Part shown: positions 29,424 through 37,722 of the stretch, one piece after another
Layout of the letters: the number at the start of each line of letters is the position of its first letter
Numbering within the stretch: the stretch's first letter is position 1
From: Nitrosopumilaceae archaeon
GTDB taxonomy: Archaea; Thermoproteota; Nitrososphaeria; Nitrososphaerales; Nitrosopumilaceae
Length of the DNA stretch: 64,000 nt
Direction of reading: 5' to 3'
Assembly (NCBI GenBank): GCA_965207375.1
Contig: OZ242274.1
Span: forward strand, 32,001 to 96,000
Notes under the pieces: model-generated
The model's database searches: none
The model's input: the letters and a program-made list of their open reading frames with translations, nothing else
Told to the model about the DNA's origin: nothing
Program-made: the position numbers and the translations under genes

Positions 29424-30999
29424 TTTCAGAGTCCGTATTTTCAAATTTTGCAAAATTCTCTGTAAACATCTGTGCCAACTTTTTGGCAGACATATCATAG
29501 GAATCACTATCATTCCAGGTGTTTTTTGGATCAAGTATTTCAGAGGGCACCTCCGGACATTGGGATGGAATATCTAAATTAAACAGCTTGTTGTGTTCAA
29601 ATTTTACTGTATCTAGTGCGCCAGTTAATGCAGCAGTAACCATTGCCCTGCTGTACTGAAGCTTTATTCGTTTGCCAACTCCGTATGGACCTCCTGACCA
29701 GCCGGTGTTTATCAGATAAACAACTGTATTGTGTTGTTTGATTTTTTGTCCAAGCAATTTTGCATAAACGGATGCAGGTCGCGGCATAAATGGTGCTCCA
29801 AAACACTCTGAAAATACAGGCTTTGGCTCTTTGATTCCCCTTTCGGTACCTGCCAACTTGCTTGTATAACCGGACATAAAGTGAAACATTGCACCTTCCT
29901 TGGTCAGTCTAGATATAGGAGGCAAAACACCATATGCATCTGCAGTTAAAAAGACAATAACTCTAGGATGACTGCCAATGCTTGGAAAAACAGCGCCTGG
30001 AATGTAATCTAGCGGATATGCAGCCCTTGTGTTTTCAGTTAATCCGTTATTATCAAAATCAGGTCGCAGTGTTTGTTTATCAATTACAACATTTTCAAGA
30101 ACTGCGCCAGACTTTATTGCATTCCAAATTTGAGGTTCTGATTCCTCTGTCAGGTTAATGCATTTTGCATAACATCCTCCTTCAAAATTAAAGATGCCAT
30201 TATCAGACCAGCCGTGCTCATCATCTCCAATAAGCATCCTGTTTTCGTCTGCAGACAAGGTGGTTTTACCCGTACCTGACAATCCAAAAAACAGTGCAGT
30301 GTCGCCGTTTTTTCCAATATTGGCAGAACAATGCATTGGAAAGATATCTTTTGAGGGAAGTAAAAAGTTCATTACGGCAAACATGGATTTTTTCATTTCA
30401 CCTGCATATTTAGTACCTCCAATCAGTACAAGCTTTCTTGTCAGGTCGATTAAAATGAAGACGTTGCTTTTGGTTCCATCAACTTCTGGAATTGATTCAA
30501 AGTCATTGATACACATTACGGTAAATTCGGGTTGGTGGTGTTCCAAATCCTGGGTGGTGGGCCTGATGAACAACTGTCTGGCAAAAAGACTTTGCCAAGC
30601 ATGATCGTTTATCACCCTGATTGCCAGTTGATTCTCCTTGTCGGCACCAACAAATCCGTCAAAGGCGTAAAGCTCCTTTCCTTCAACGAATTTTTTCATC
30701 TTTTCAAAAATTTGCATAAACTTGTCAGGCATAAACCGGTGATTGATTTTTCCCCAGTCAACGGTTTGCTTGGTGGTATCATCATAAACAATGTATCTGT
30801 CATCAGGGGAACGACCCGTGTATTTTCCAGTTTTTACAGACAGCGAACCTGTAATAGTTACGATACCGTCATTTTGTCTAACGGAGGCATCAACTAGTTC
30901 CTTAGGACTAAGATTGCGATGTATCTTTGAGGGTTTGATTCCAAGGCTTTCAATTTGGGAAACAAACCTGCCGGTAACTGATGGTGTGCTATCAGTCAT
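29398..30999 (-). CDS. pckA: Phosphoenolpyruvate carboxykinase (ATP)
   Basis: TGRSP, YAGEMKK, GLSGTGKTTLS, LIGDDEHGW, NFEGGCYAK; likely start 30999. Confidence 0.97.
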   Translation of the reverse strand: MTDSTPSVTGRFVSQIESLGIKPSKIHRNLSPKELVDASVRQNDGIVTITGSLSVKTGKYTGRSPDDRYIVYDDTTKQTVDWGKINHRFMPDKFMQIFEKMKKFVEGKELYAFDGFVGADKENQLAIRVINDHAWQSLFARQLFIRPTTQDLEHHQPEFTVMCINDFESIPEVDGTKSNVFILIDLTRKLVLIGGTKYAGEMKKSMFAVMNFLLPSKDIFPMHCSANIGKNGDTALFFGLSGTGKTTLSADENRMLIGDDEHGWSDNGIFNFEGGCYAKCINLTEESEPQIWNAIKSGAVLENVVIDKQTLRPDFDNNGLTENTRAAYPLDYIPGAVFPSIGSHPRVIVFLTADAYGVLPPISRLTKEGAMFHFMSGYTSKLAGTERGIKEPKPVFSECFGAPFMPRPASVYAKLLGQKIKQHNTVVYLINTGWSGGPYGVGKRIKLQYSRAMVTAALTGALDTVKFEHNKLFNLDIPSQCPEVPSEILDPKNTWNDSDSYDMSAKKLAQMFTENFAKFENTDSEIINAGPKS

Positions 31000-31152
31000 A
31001 TATGATACTCCCAACGATCACTAAAAACTCAAAGTTAGTCATGTGATAAATCGATCCCCCTAAAATTTCCTTATTATCTCTTTTGCTCCAAAAAATTTGA
31101 AAATGCATTCATTAGAGGAACCTATTTATTCCAAAATTCGAGATTTCTTTGC

Positions 31153-31557
31153 ATGCCGATCAACAAAGAGGCACTTGAAAAAAGAGCCGAGATTGCCTCC
31201 TCAAGGCCAGACTTTGTAAGACAGGAAAGCTGGAGATATGCAAAACTAGACACTGCATGGAGAAAACCAAAGGGAAAGGACAACCACCAAAGAAAGCAAA
31301 AAAGTCGTGGCCGTCCTGGATTGGTCAAGGTGGGTTATGGCGGGCCAAAGATTGCAAAAAAATTACATCCTTCAGGTTATACGGATAATTTAGTGTATAC
31401 TATTGATGATTTACAAAAATTAGATCCTAAAAAGGACGGAATACGATTAGGTCACAGTGTTGGAACTAAAAAAAGAAAAGAGATTGTTTTACAGGCAATT
31501 GAAATGAAGTTTAAGATATTTAATGCGAGAGTGTCAGTGGATGCCAATAAATCTTAA
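31153..31557 (+). CDS. rpl32e: 50S ribosomal protein L32e
   Basis: FVRQESWRY, WRKPKGKDN, VKVGYG, LHPSGY. Confidence 0.96.
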   Translation: MPINKEALEKRAEIASSRPDFVRQESWRYAKLDTAWRKPKGKDNHQRKQKSRGRPGLVKVGYGGPKIAKKLHPSGYTDNLVYTIDDLQKLDPKKDGIRLGHSVGTKKRKEIVLQAIEMKFKIFNARVSVDANKS

Positions 31558-31996
31558 AGCAAAAAAGAGACTCGTCTCAAGGGTTACAGGTGTAGGAGTA
31601 CACAGGATTAAATTTGATTCAGATAAACTAGAGGACATTGCAGATGCAATTACACGTCAAAACATTAGGAGTCTTATTACCGCAAATACGATTTCATTTA
31701 GACCAATCAAGGGAACCTCAAGAGGAAGGGCCCAGCACAAAAAAGATCAAAAACGAAAAAGAGGAACTAAACAGGGATCAAAACAGGGACGTAAGGGTGC
31801 ACGTGTGGGAAAGAAAACAGTCTATGTGGCAAAAATCAGGTCGTTACGATACATACTAAAGGTTGTAAAAGATCGAAAAGAGATAACTAACAAGGAATTT
31901 TGGGCACTGTACAAAAAGGTAGGCGGAAATGCCGTAAGAAACAAGGCCCACCTGCGAACACTAATTGAAGAAGTAAAGACAGACAGAAAGGATTAG
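31541..31996 (+). CDS. rpl19e: 50S ribosomal protein L19e
   Basis: KKRLVSRVTGVG, AITRQNIRSLI, KGTSRGRA, GRKGAR; likely start 31541. Confidence 0.96.
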   Translation: MPINLKAKKRLVSRVTGVGVHRIKFDSDKLEDIADAITRQNIRSLITANTISFRPIKGTSRGRAQHKKDQKRKRGTKQGSKQGRKGARVGKKTVYVAKIRSLRYILKVVKDRKEITNKEFWALYKKVGGNAVRNKAHLRTLIEEVKTDRKD

Positions 31997-32361
31997 AATC
32001 TGTAACGAATTGATTTCATATTCAGAATTTTTCCTTTGGAAATTTGCAATCCCTCCCTGCAAAGCATGTTTTCTTTAATGTCAGTACCATATGCATAGCC
32101 CCCTAAATTACCGTCAGATTTTACCACCCTGTGACAGGGAACAATTGCAGGATACGGATTGCGGTTCATGATTTTGCCTATTGCGCGCTGGGCATTTTTT
32201 AATCCTACCGCCTTTGCCAAATCACCATATGTTGTAATCTGACCCTGTGGTACCTCAAGCAGTTTTTTGTAGACAAGCTCGTTTAGAGTTTTATTATTTT
32301 GAGATTTGTTTTTTCTGCTAGTTCCATGATCTGGTGTTTGTGAGATCCCAATCCTGTCCAA
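31993..32361 (-). CDS. ogt: Methylated-DNA-protein-cysteine methyltransferase (MGMT/Ogt)
   Basis: TTYGDLA HTH, active-site PCHRVV, LGGY; start codon uncertain. Confidence 0.88.
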   Translation of the reverse strand: MDRIGISQTPDHGTSRKNKSQNNKTLNELVYKKLLEVPQGQITTYGDLAKAVGLKNAQRAIGKIMNRNPYPAIVPCHRVVKSDGNLGGYAYGTDIKENMLCREGLQISKGKILNMKSIRYRF

Positions 32362-33059
32362 TCTAAAAGAATAGTAGTTGCGGTACTATTTCTGTATAGT
32401 ATATGATCAAATAGTTGCTGATCTAGGTGTTCAAGTGCATGCTTTGGCACTACAGTACCCAATCCCAATCTGCCGTAAAGTACTTCGCGAGTAAACTTTG
32501 TAGGATAGTGCGTACCACCAAAACATATGGCAGATTGGACATCTTTTCTGTCAGTTTTCATAGTGTCTAAGACAATTTTTGCAACACGATTACAAAGTTT
32601 TACATCACTCCATTGCTTGTGAGTAGTTCCAATTTCTATAAAGATGCAGGGCTTATCTAGCGCACTAGGTCCGTGATGTGTGGCCTCTATGGTTATCTCA
32701 AAATCTAAAAACTGTTCCCTGTTCTCTGACAATCTTTGCAGATATTGTTTTTGCAAGGAAGGATTTGGTATTGCAACTTGTCTGTGGTTTCCCCCAAATT
32801 CTGCCTTTGAGAAATTGCCTGTACTGTGACAGGTAAGTGCCAAAACCCCAGATTCTGCTGCATGTTTTGAAAGAAATACAAAAGAGTCATAGTCGTATTT
32901 TCCCTCCAACCAGTCAGCACAGATTGCAGGTGTGGGAATAATTAACAGATCAAAAAATTGTCCGCGGTAAAGATCCCCGTCTTGTACCATATCAGATGCA
33001 AGAAATTTTGCCATATTGTATCCTGCCGGATCATCCCTATAGGCGACTAGCAAATCCAT
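32283..33059 (-). CDS. dtdA: D-aminoacyl-tRNA deacylase (archaeal DTD2)
   Basis: FLSKH, TCHSTGN, EATHHGP, FIEIGT, FGGTHY; likely start 33059. Confidence 0.92.
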   Translation of the reverse strand: MDLLVAYRDDPAGYNMAKFLASDMVQDGDLYRGQFFDLLIIPTPAICADWLEGKYDYDSFVFLSKHAAESGVLALTCHSTGNFSKAEFGGNHRQVAIPNPSLQKQYLQRLSENREQFLDFEITIEATHHGPSALDKPCIFIEIGTTHKQWSDVKLCNRVAKIVLDTMKTDRKDVQSAICFGGTHYPTKFTREVLYGRLGLGTVVPKHALEHLDQQLFDHILYRNSTATTILLDWTGLGSHKHQIMELAEKTNLKIIKL

Positions 33060-33099
33060 GAGATAAAAGATATAAGGACACCATATTAAGTTCCAGCAT

Positions 33100-33273
33100 A
33101 TGAATCCAAAACAGACCTTCAAAAACATGGCCAACACCATGAAAATGGCTAGAAAGTCAGACAAGGAGGACTATATGCAGCATCTCCGATTGGTTTTGCT
33201 AGGAATCGGGGCAGTTGGAACGATTGGATTTATAATTCAGTTTGTGTTTGGTGTATTTACCTATCAGGGATAA
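33100..33273 (+). CDS. secE: Protein translocase subunit SecE (Sec61 gamma)
   Basis: Not in the ORF track. The 57-aa product MNPKQTFKNMANTMKMARKSDKEDYMQHLRLVLLGIGAVGTIGFIIQ... has one TM helix and sits directly upstream of spt5. Confidence 0.92.
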   Translation: MNPKQTFKNMANTMKMARKSDKEDYMQHLRLVLLGIGAVGTIGFIIQFVFGVFTYQG

Positions 33274-33275
33274 AA

Positions 33276-33734
33276 TTGTCAGAAGAAATCAAAACTCATC
33301 TCTTTGCAATCAGGACTACAGGAGGTCAAGAAAAAATGGTAATGAATTTGCTAGAAGCCAAGGCAAAGATGAACAAAATAGATATCCAGTCAGTATTGCT
33401 AGTTGACAATTTGAAAGGATATGTTGTAATGGAGGCAGTCAGTCCAAGCTCTGCATTTGCAGCAATAGAGGGGATCAGACACATCAGGGGTCAGTTAAGA
33501 GGGGAATTGGAATTTAAGGATATTGAAAGTTATCTAGTTAAAAAATCAACAGTTACACAACTTGCAGTGGACAATGTTGTTGAAATTACCGGAGGTCCGT
33601 TTAAGGGAATGAAGGCAACAATTACACGAGTTGATCACGAAAAAGAGGAGGCAACAGTCGTATTATTGGATGCATCCTATCAATTGCCGGTAACAGTAGA
33701 TGCCAACTATCTAAAACTCTCAAGCGAGTCTTAG
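33276..33734 (+). CDS. spt5: Transcription elongation factor Spt5 (NusG)
   Basis: FAIRTTGGQE, LKGYVVME, KOW motif VEITGGPFKG. Confidence 0.96.
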   Translation: MSEEIKTHLFAIRTTGGQEKMVMNLLEAKAKMNKIDIQSVLLVDNLKGYVVMEAVSPSSAFAAIEGIRHIRGQLRGELEFKDIESYLVKKSTVTQLAVDNVVEITGGPFKGMKATITRVDHEKEEATVVLLDASYQLPVTVDANYLKLSSES

Positions 33735-33769
33735 TAACGAATAAATTTTTGGAGAAGATGGATAATACA

Positions 33770-34252
33770 ATGGGCAAACCACAAAAAATATCATCATTGG
33801 TTACAGGCGGCAAGGCATCAGCAGGACCTCCACTAGGTCCGGCATTGGGACCGCTAGGAGTAAACATCATGGAGGTAATCAATGCAATCAACGAGAAAAC
33901 CAAGGATTTTGAAGGAATGAAAGTGCCAGTTACGGTTTCAGTCGATACAGATACAAAAAAATACGACATTGAGATTGGAATTCCGTCTGCTGCAGCGTTG
34001 TTAATGAAGGAGGCAGGAATCCAAAAGGGCTCTGGCACATCAGGTACCGACTGGGCAGGCGATATCACCATTGATTCAGTCATCAAGGTTGCAAATGCCA
34101 AGCTAGAAACATCATATGCCTCATCGATAAAAGAAGTGTCAAAAACCATCATCGGCACATGTGTTCCATTGGGACTAAAGATAGAAGGAAAGACACCAAA
34201 AGAGATGACTGCTGAGATCAACGATGGAAAATGGGATCAAAAATTCCAATAG
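33770..34252 (+). CDS. rpl11: 50S ribosomal protein L11
   Basis: GGKASAGPPLGPALGPLG; likely start 33770. Confidence 0.96.
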   Translation: MGKPQKISSLVTGGKASAGPPLGPALGPLGVNIMEVINAINEKTKDFEGMKVPVTVSVDTDTKKYDIEIGIPSAAALLMKEAGIQKGSGTSGTDWAGDITIDSVIKVANAKLETSYASSIKEVSKTIIGTCVPLGLKIEGKTPKEMTAEINDGKWDQKFQ

Positions 34253-34254
34253 TT

Positions 34255-34713
34255 TTATTTCTTGATTAAATATACAGGATCCTTGTCGGTTTTTTGCAGC
34301 TCAACGAAGGTTTCAGTGTTCTGAATGCCTTCTATTTTGCCAATTTTTTTTATAACTACAGAGTGAAGTTCCTCTAGATTCTCTGCATAGACTTTTATCA
34401 TAATGTCAAACCTGCCTGTAACCTCAGATATTGAGGCCACCTCGGGGGTATCCATCATCTTTTTGTGAATGGAATCCTTGAATTTGGGATCACGGTTGAT
34501 TCCAACAGAGGCCTTGACGCCGATTCCCAGCAAAGAGTCATCAATTACAATGGTAAATTTTTTGATTAGTTTTTTCTTGACTAGTCGCTTAATTCTACTA
34601 TACAACACAGAGGCGTTGATTCCAAGTTTCTTAGACAGTGCAGGAACAGAAACGGATCCATCCTTTGTTAATTCAAATAACAATTTCATGTCTAGTTCGT
34701 CAAATCTATGCAA
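34255..34713 (-). CDS. Lrp/AsnC family transcriptional regulator
   Basis: N-terminal HTH (DELDMKLL...SRIKRL) and C-terminal RAM domain (EVTGRFD, TETFV). Confidence 0.93.
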   Translation of the reverse strand: MHRFDELDMKLLFELTKDGSVSVPALSKKLGINASVLYSRIKRLVKKKLIKKFTIVIDDSLLGIGVKASVGINRDPKFKDSIHKKMMDTPEVASISEVTGRFDIMIKVYAENLEELHSVVIKKIGKIEGIQNTETFVELQKTDKDPVYLIKK

Positions 34714-34884
34714 GTCGTTTGAAAAATATCTGGCTCGAATTAATAAATGTAAGTTTTTTTAATTTTATTTGGAGTTAATTATAAAATTTAGGAGGAAAAT
34801 TCAAAAAACTTGTAATTTGCATAATATTTTGTGCCGTGGAATCTCTAAACGATTTTAAGTAGGCAATGGGCAAAATGACTCATA

Positions 34885-35535
34885 ATGGTTACAGAAACAG
34901 AGTTATCTGAGATTATAGTAGAGGCAAAGGAGGGTACAAAAAAACGCAATTTCACGCAAGCCCTAGAACTAATTATGGTGTTCAAAGATATTGATGTAAA
35001 AAAAGGATTTGCAATTAATGAAACAGTACAGCTTCCAAAAACAAATGCTCCTGCTTCAGTATGTATCATGGCAACAGGGGACATGGGCATAAAGGCAAAG
35101 GCAGCAAATGCAGACAGAGTAATTGATGCAGCCGAACTAGAGCAGTTAAGTTCCAACAAAAGGGAATCTAGAAAATTAATCAACAAATATGATTTCTTTT
35201 TGGCAGATACACAAATTATGCCAACAGTCGGCAAGACGCTGGGTCAGTTATTGGGACCTAGGGGAAAAATGCCAACGCCTGTTCCATTTAATGCACCAAT
35301 AGAGTCATTTTTGGAAAGATTTAGATCCTCAATCAAGATAAGAGTCAGGGGTTCGCTGTCATTGTCATGTAAAATCGGAACCGAGCAAATGCAAGACTCT
35401 GAACTAGCAGCAAATGCAAATGCGGTGATCAACATGATAAAAACCAAGCTTCCAAACGGCGAGAAGAACATCAAAAAAATTATGGTAAAAACAACTATGG
35501 GCAAAGTAATCAAACAAAAAGAGAGTAAAAAATAA
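34885..35535 (+). CDS. rpl1: 50S ribosomal protein L1
   Basis: KRNFTQ, LGPRGKMP, VKTTMG. Confidence 0.96.
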   Translation: MVTETELSEIIVEAKEGTKKRNFTQALELIMVFKDIDVKKGFAINETVQLPKTNAPASVCIMATGDMGIKAKAANADRVIDAAELEQLSSNKRESRKLINKYDFFLADTQIMPTVGKTLGQLLGPRGKMPTPVPFNAPIESFLERFRSSIKIRVRGSLSLSCKIGTEQMQDSELAANANAVINMIKTKLPNGEKNIKKIMVKTTMGKVIKQKESKK

Positions 35536-35536
35536 A

Positions 35537-36403
35537 ATGTACAAAGACAGGACAACATATCCAAAAAGAAAAACACAGATGCATACACAGCTTCAGGAAC
35601 TTCCAAAAAAATACAAGGTAATGGCACTAGTAAAAATGGACAAGGTCAGAGCATCACAAATTTTACCATTAAGAAAAAAGCTGCGGGGTCAGGTTGAATT
35701 TTTCAGTGTCAAAGACAAGGTTGCACAAAAGGCACTAGAGTTGCTAGACATTGAAGGAATTAAAAAAATTGCAGAGCAGTTAAGGGGTCAGTGCATGTTT
35801 ATGTTCACAGACATGTCACCGTTCAAACTAAACGTGCTTTTGGCAAAAAATTCCATCATGATGGCAGCAAGGGCAGGCGATATTGCAAGCATAGATGTCA
35901 TAGTGCCTGCAATAAATACAGGCGTGGCACCAGGACCTATGCTGACAGAGTTCAAAGAGGCAGGAATTCCGACAAAAATTGATCAGGGCACAATTTGGAT
36001 TACAAAGGAAACCATTCCTGCAAAGAAGGGGGAGCCAATATCTGAAAAACTAGCACCACTGTTAGGCAAGCTAGACATCAAACCAATAGAGGCAGGAATC
36101 GCATTGGAATCTGCACTTGAGGAGGGACTAGCATATGCAAGAGATGAAATGATAATCGATATAGATGCAATAAGGGATGAATTTGCAATTGCCCACCAAG
36201 AAGCAGTCACATTAACCATTGAGGCAGGATACATAACTCCAGACAATATAGAACAGATTCTCTCAAAGGCTGCAGCTTCAGCAAGAGCAGTCTCAATAGA
36301 ATCAGGATTCATGACAGATGAGACCAAGGAGCAGATACTTCAAAAGGCAGACAGTCAGGCACGAACCCTGGCAGAAAAGGCAGAAAATTACACTCCTGCA
36401 TAA
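35537..36403 (+). CDS. rpl10: 50S ribosomal protein L10 (P0)
   Basis: ARAGDIA, NTGVAPGP, GIPTKIDQGTI; follows rpl1. Confidence 0.95.
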   Translation: MYKDRTTYPKRKTQMHTQLQELPKKYKVMALVKMDKVRASQILPLRKKLRGQVEFFSVKDKVAQKALELLDIEGIKKIAEQLRGQCMFMFTDMSPFKLNVLLAKNSIMMAARAGDIASIDVIVPAINTGVAPGPMLTEFKEAGIPTKIDQGTIWITKETIPAKKGEPISEKLAPLLGKLDIKPIEAGIALESALEEGLAYARDEMIIDIDAIRDEFAIAHQEAVTLTIEAGYITPDNIEQILSKAAASARAVSIESGFMTDETKEQILQKADSQARTLAEKAENYTPA

Positions 36404-37036
36404 TCAGATACCCTTTACACGTGGCAGATTCCAGTTGTATTTCATGGCAATTAACCTAAGCCCCGTAGTCAATGCAACAGCTACGGCTGTTGCAACATAC
36501 AAATCTAGGCCGGATAAAAGAATCAGATAAAAAGCGACAACACCTGCAAAGCTTGCAGAAGCATACATTTCCTTTACAAATACCATAGGAACCTGATTTA
36601 CAGACACGTCACGTAAGATGCCTCCACCTACTGCAGTCAGGACGCCTGCCAGAGACATTACTAAAAAATCCAAACCAAAAAGAGTGTAAGCAAATGTGGC
36701 ACCAATTACGGTAAACACACCTAGCCCGAGCGCGTCAAACTTGAGAAAGATGTTCAGGTGTAGTATCATTCGTTTGTACAAAAAAAAGATTGCAATTGCC
36801 GTAACTATTGTAATTACAACATATAACGGATCAGAGAGAGAGCTAGGCAGGGATGGGCTGAAAATTACATCACGTATCGTGCCGCCTGCAACGCCGGTCA
36901 TCGTTGCAAGAACTACAATGCCAAAAATATCTGCCTTGTGCTCTATGGCTTTGAAGGCGCCTGTAACTGCAAAGACCATGGTTCCAAATAGATCCAAAAC
37001 GTAGATGAACAGTTCGGGGGAGGGAAAATCTACCAA
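36404..37036 (-). CDS. Trimeric intracellular cation channel (TRIC / UPF0126) family protein
   Basis: Duplicated GG-x-x-RD motifs (AGGTIRD, GGGILRD); about 7 TM helices. Confidence 0.92.
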   Translation of the reverse strand: MVDFPSPELFIYVLDLFGTMVFAVTGAFKAIEHKADIFGIVVLATMTGVAGGTIRDVIFSPSLPSSLSDPLYVVITIVTAIAIFFLYKRMILHLNIFLKFDALGLGVFTVIGATFAYTLFGLDFLVMSLAGVLTAVGGGILRDVSVNQVPMVFVKEMYASASFAGVVAFYLILLSGLDLYVATAVAVALTTGLRLIAMKYNWNLPRVKGI

Positions 37037-37091
37037 GTCAGAGATGTATTGATTTTTGTAGCAATTAAACTAACAGGAAAAAATTTTTGAT

Positions 37092-37400
37092 CTATCCAAA
37101 GAGAGAGGATAGTCCTTCCATGGCAGCTTCCTCAGTTTTGCCTTCGTCCTTCTTTTCTTCCTTCTTTTCCTCTCCACCTGCTGCAGCATCACCTGCGGCA
37201 GCTGCCGGAGCGGCTGCGACTGCTACTGGGGCGGCTTTAACTGCCTCGTCGATATTAACATCTGCTAGGGCTGCCACCAATGCTTTTACCTGTGCATCAT
37301 TGACTTCGGCACCAGATGCCTTTACTACTGAGGCAATGTTTTCCTCATTGACATCCTTTTGTAATTTGTGAAGCAATAATGCAGCGTAAACATATTCCAT
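37092..37400 (-). CDS. rpl12: 50S ribosomal protein L12 (P1/P2 type)
   Basis: [11 protein letters not shown], Ala-rich hinge, C-terminal EGLSSLFG; start 37400. Confidence 0.97.
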   Translation of the reverse strand: MEYVYAALLLHKLQKDVNEENIASVVKASGAEVNDAQVKALVAALADVNIDEAVKAAPVAVAAAPAAAAGDAAAGGEEKKEEKKDEGKTEEAAMEGLSSLFG

Positions 37401-37497
37401 TGTATCCGGACTTGACGCTGAGGACAATATAAAACTATGGCGAGGTTTGAGGTAAGAGGTTTAGCCATAAACTCGAGTATTTTTGATCATATAGATC

Positions 37498-37540
37498 GTA
37501 TCTGTTAATGTTGTTTTGAATTTATGGTAATTTTAGGTAC
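37498..37540. repeat. 43-bp direct repeat, left copy
   Basis: gtatctgttaatgttgttttgaatttatggtaattttaggtac, 41/43 identical to 40054-40096. Confidence 0.85.
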
Positions 37541-37694
37541 AAATTTGGGATGGTAAAGAACAGGGTGAAAGTATGATGTTAACAATTACAAATTCTGTAC
37601 TGCACGAACAAATAAACCCTGTCTAAACTAGGAAAAATTGGGTGAATTTTGTACCTAAAATTTGAGTTGTGTTACTGCTATCTAAATCGTAACA

Positions 37695-37722
37695 TTTTTA
37701 GAACCCCCCCCCCGTTAATTTT
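37695..37722 (+). promoter_or_regulatory. Putative promoter: TATA-like box followed by a C10 homopolymer
   Basis: tttttaga lies about 20-27 nt upstream of the GTG start, with C10 at 37704-37713 in the spacer. Confidence 0.5.

Noticed and set aside
34720-34884. AT-rich quasi-palindromes between the Lrp/AsnC gene and rpl1
   Set aside because: Could be operator sites but cannot be told apart from chance in AT-rich divergent-promoter DNA.
36404-37400. rpl12 inverted and separated from rpl10 by a TRIC gene
   Set aside because: No breakpoint signature, and I recall similar fragmentation of ribosomal operons in this family, so it was not treated as special.
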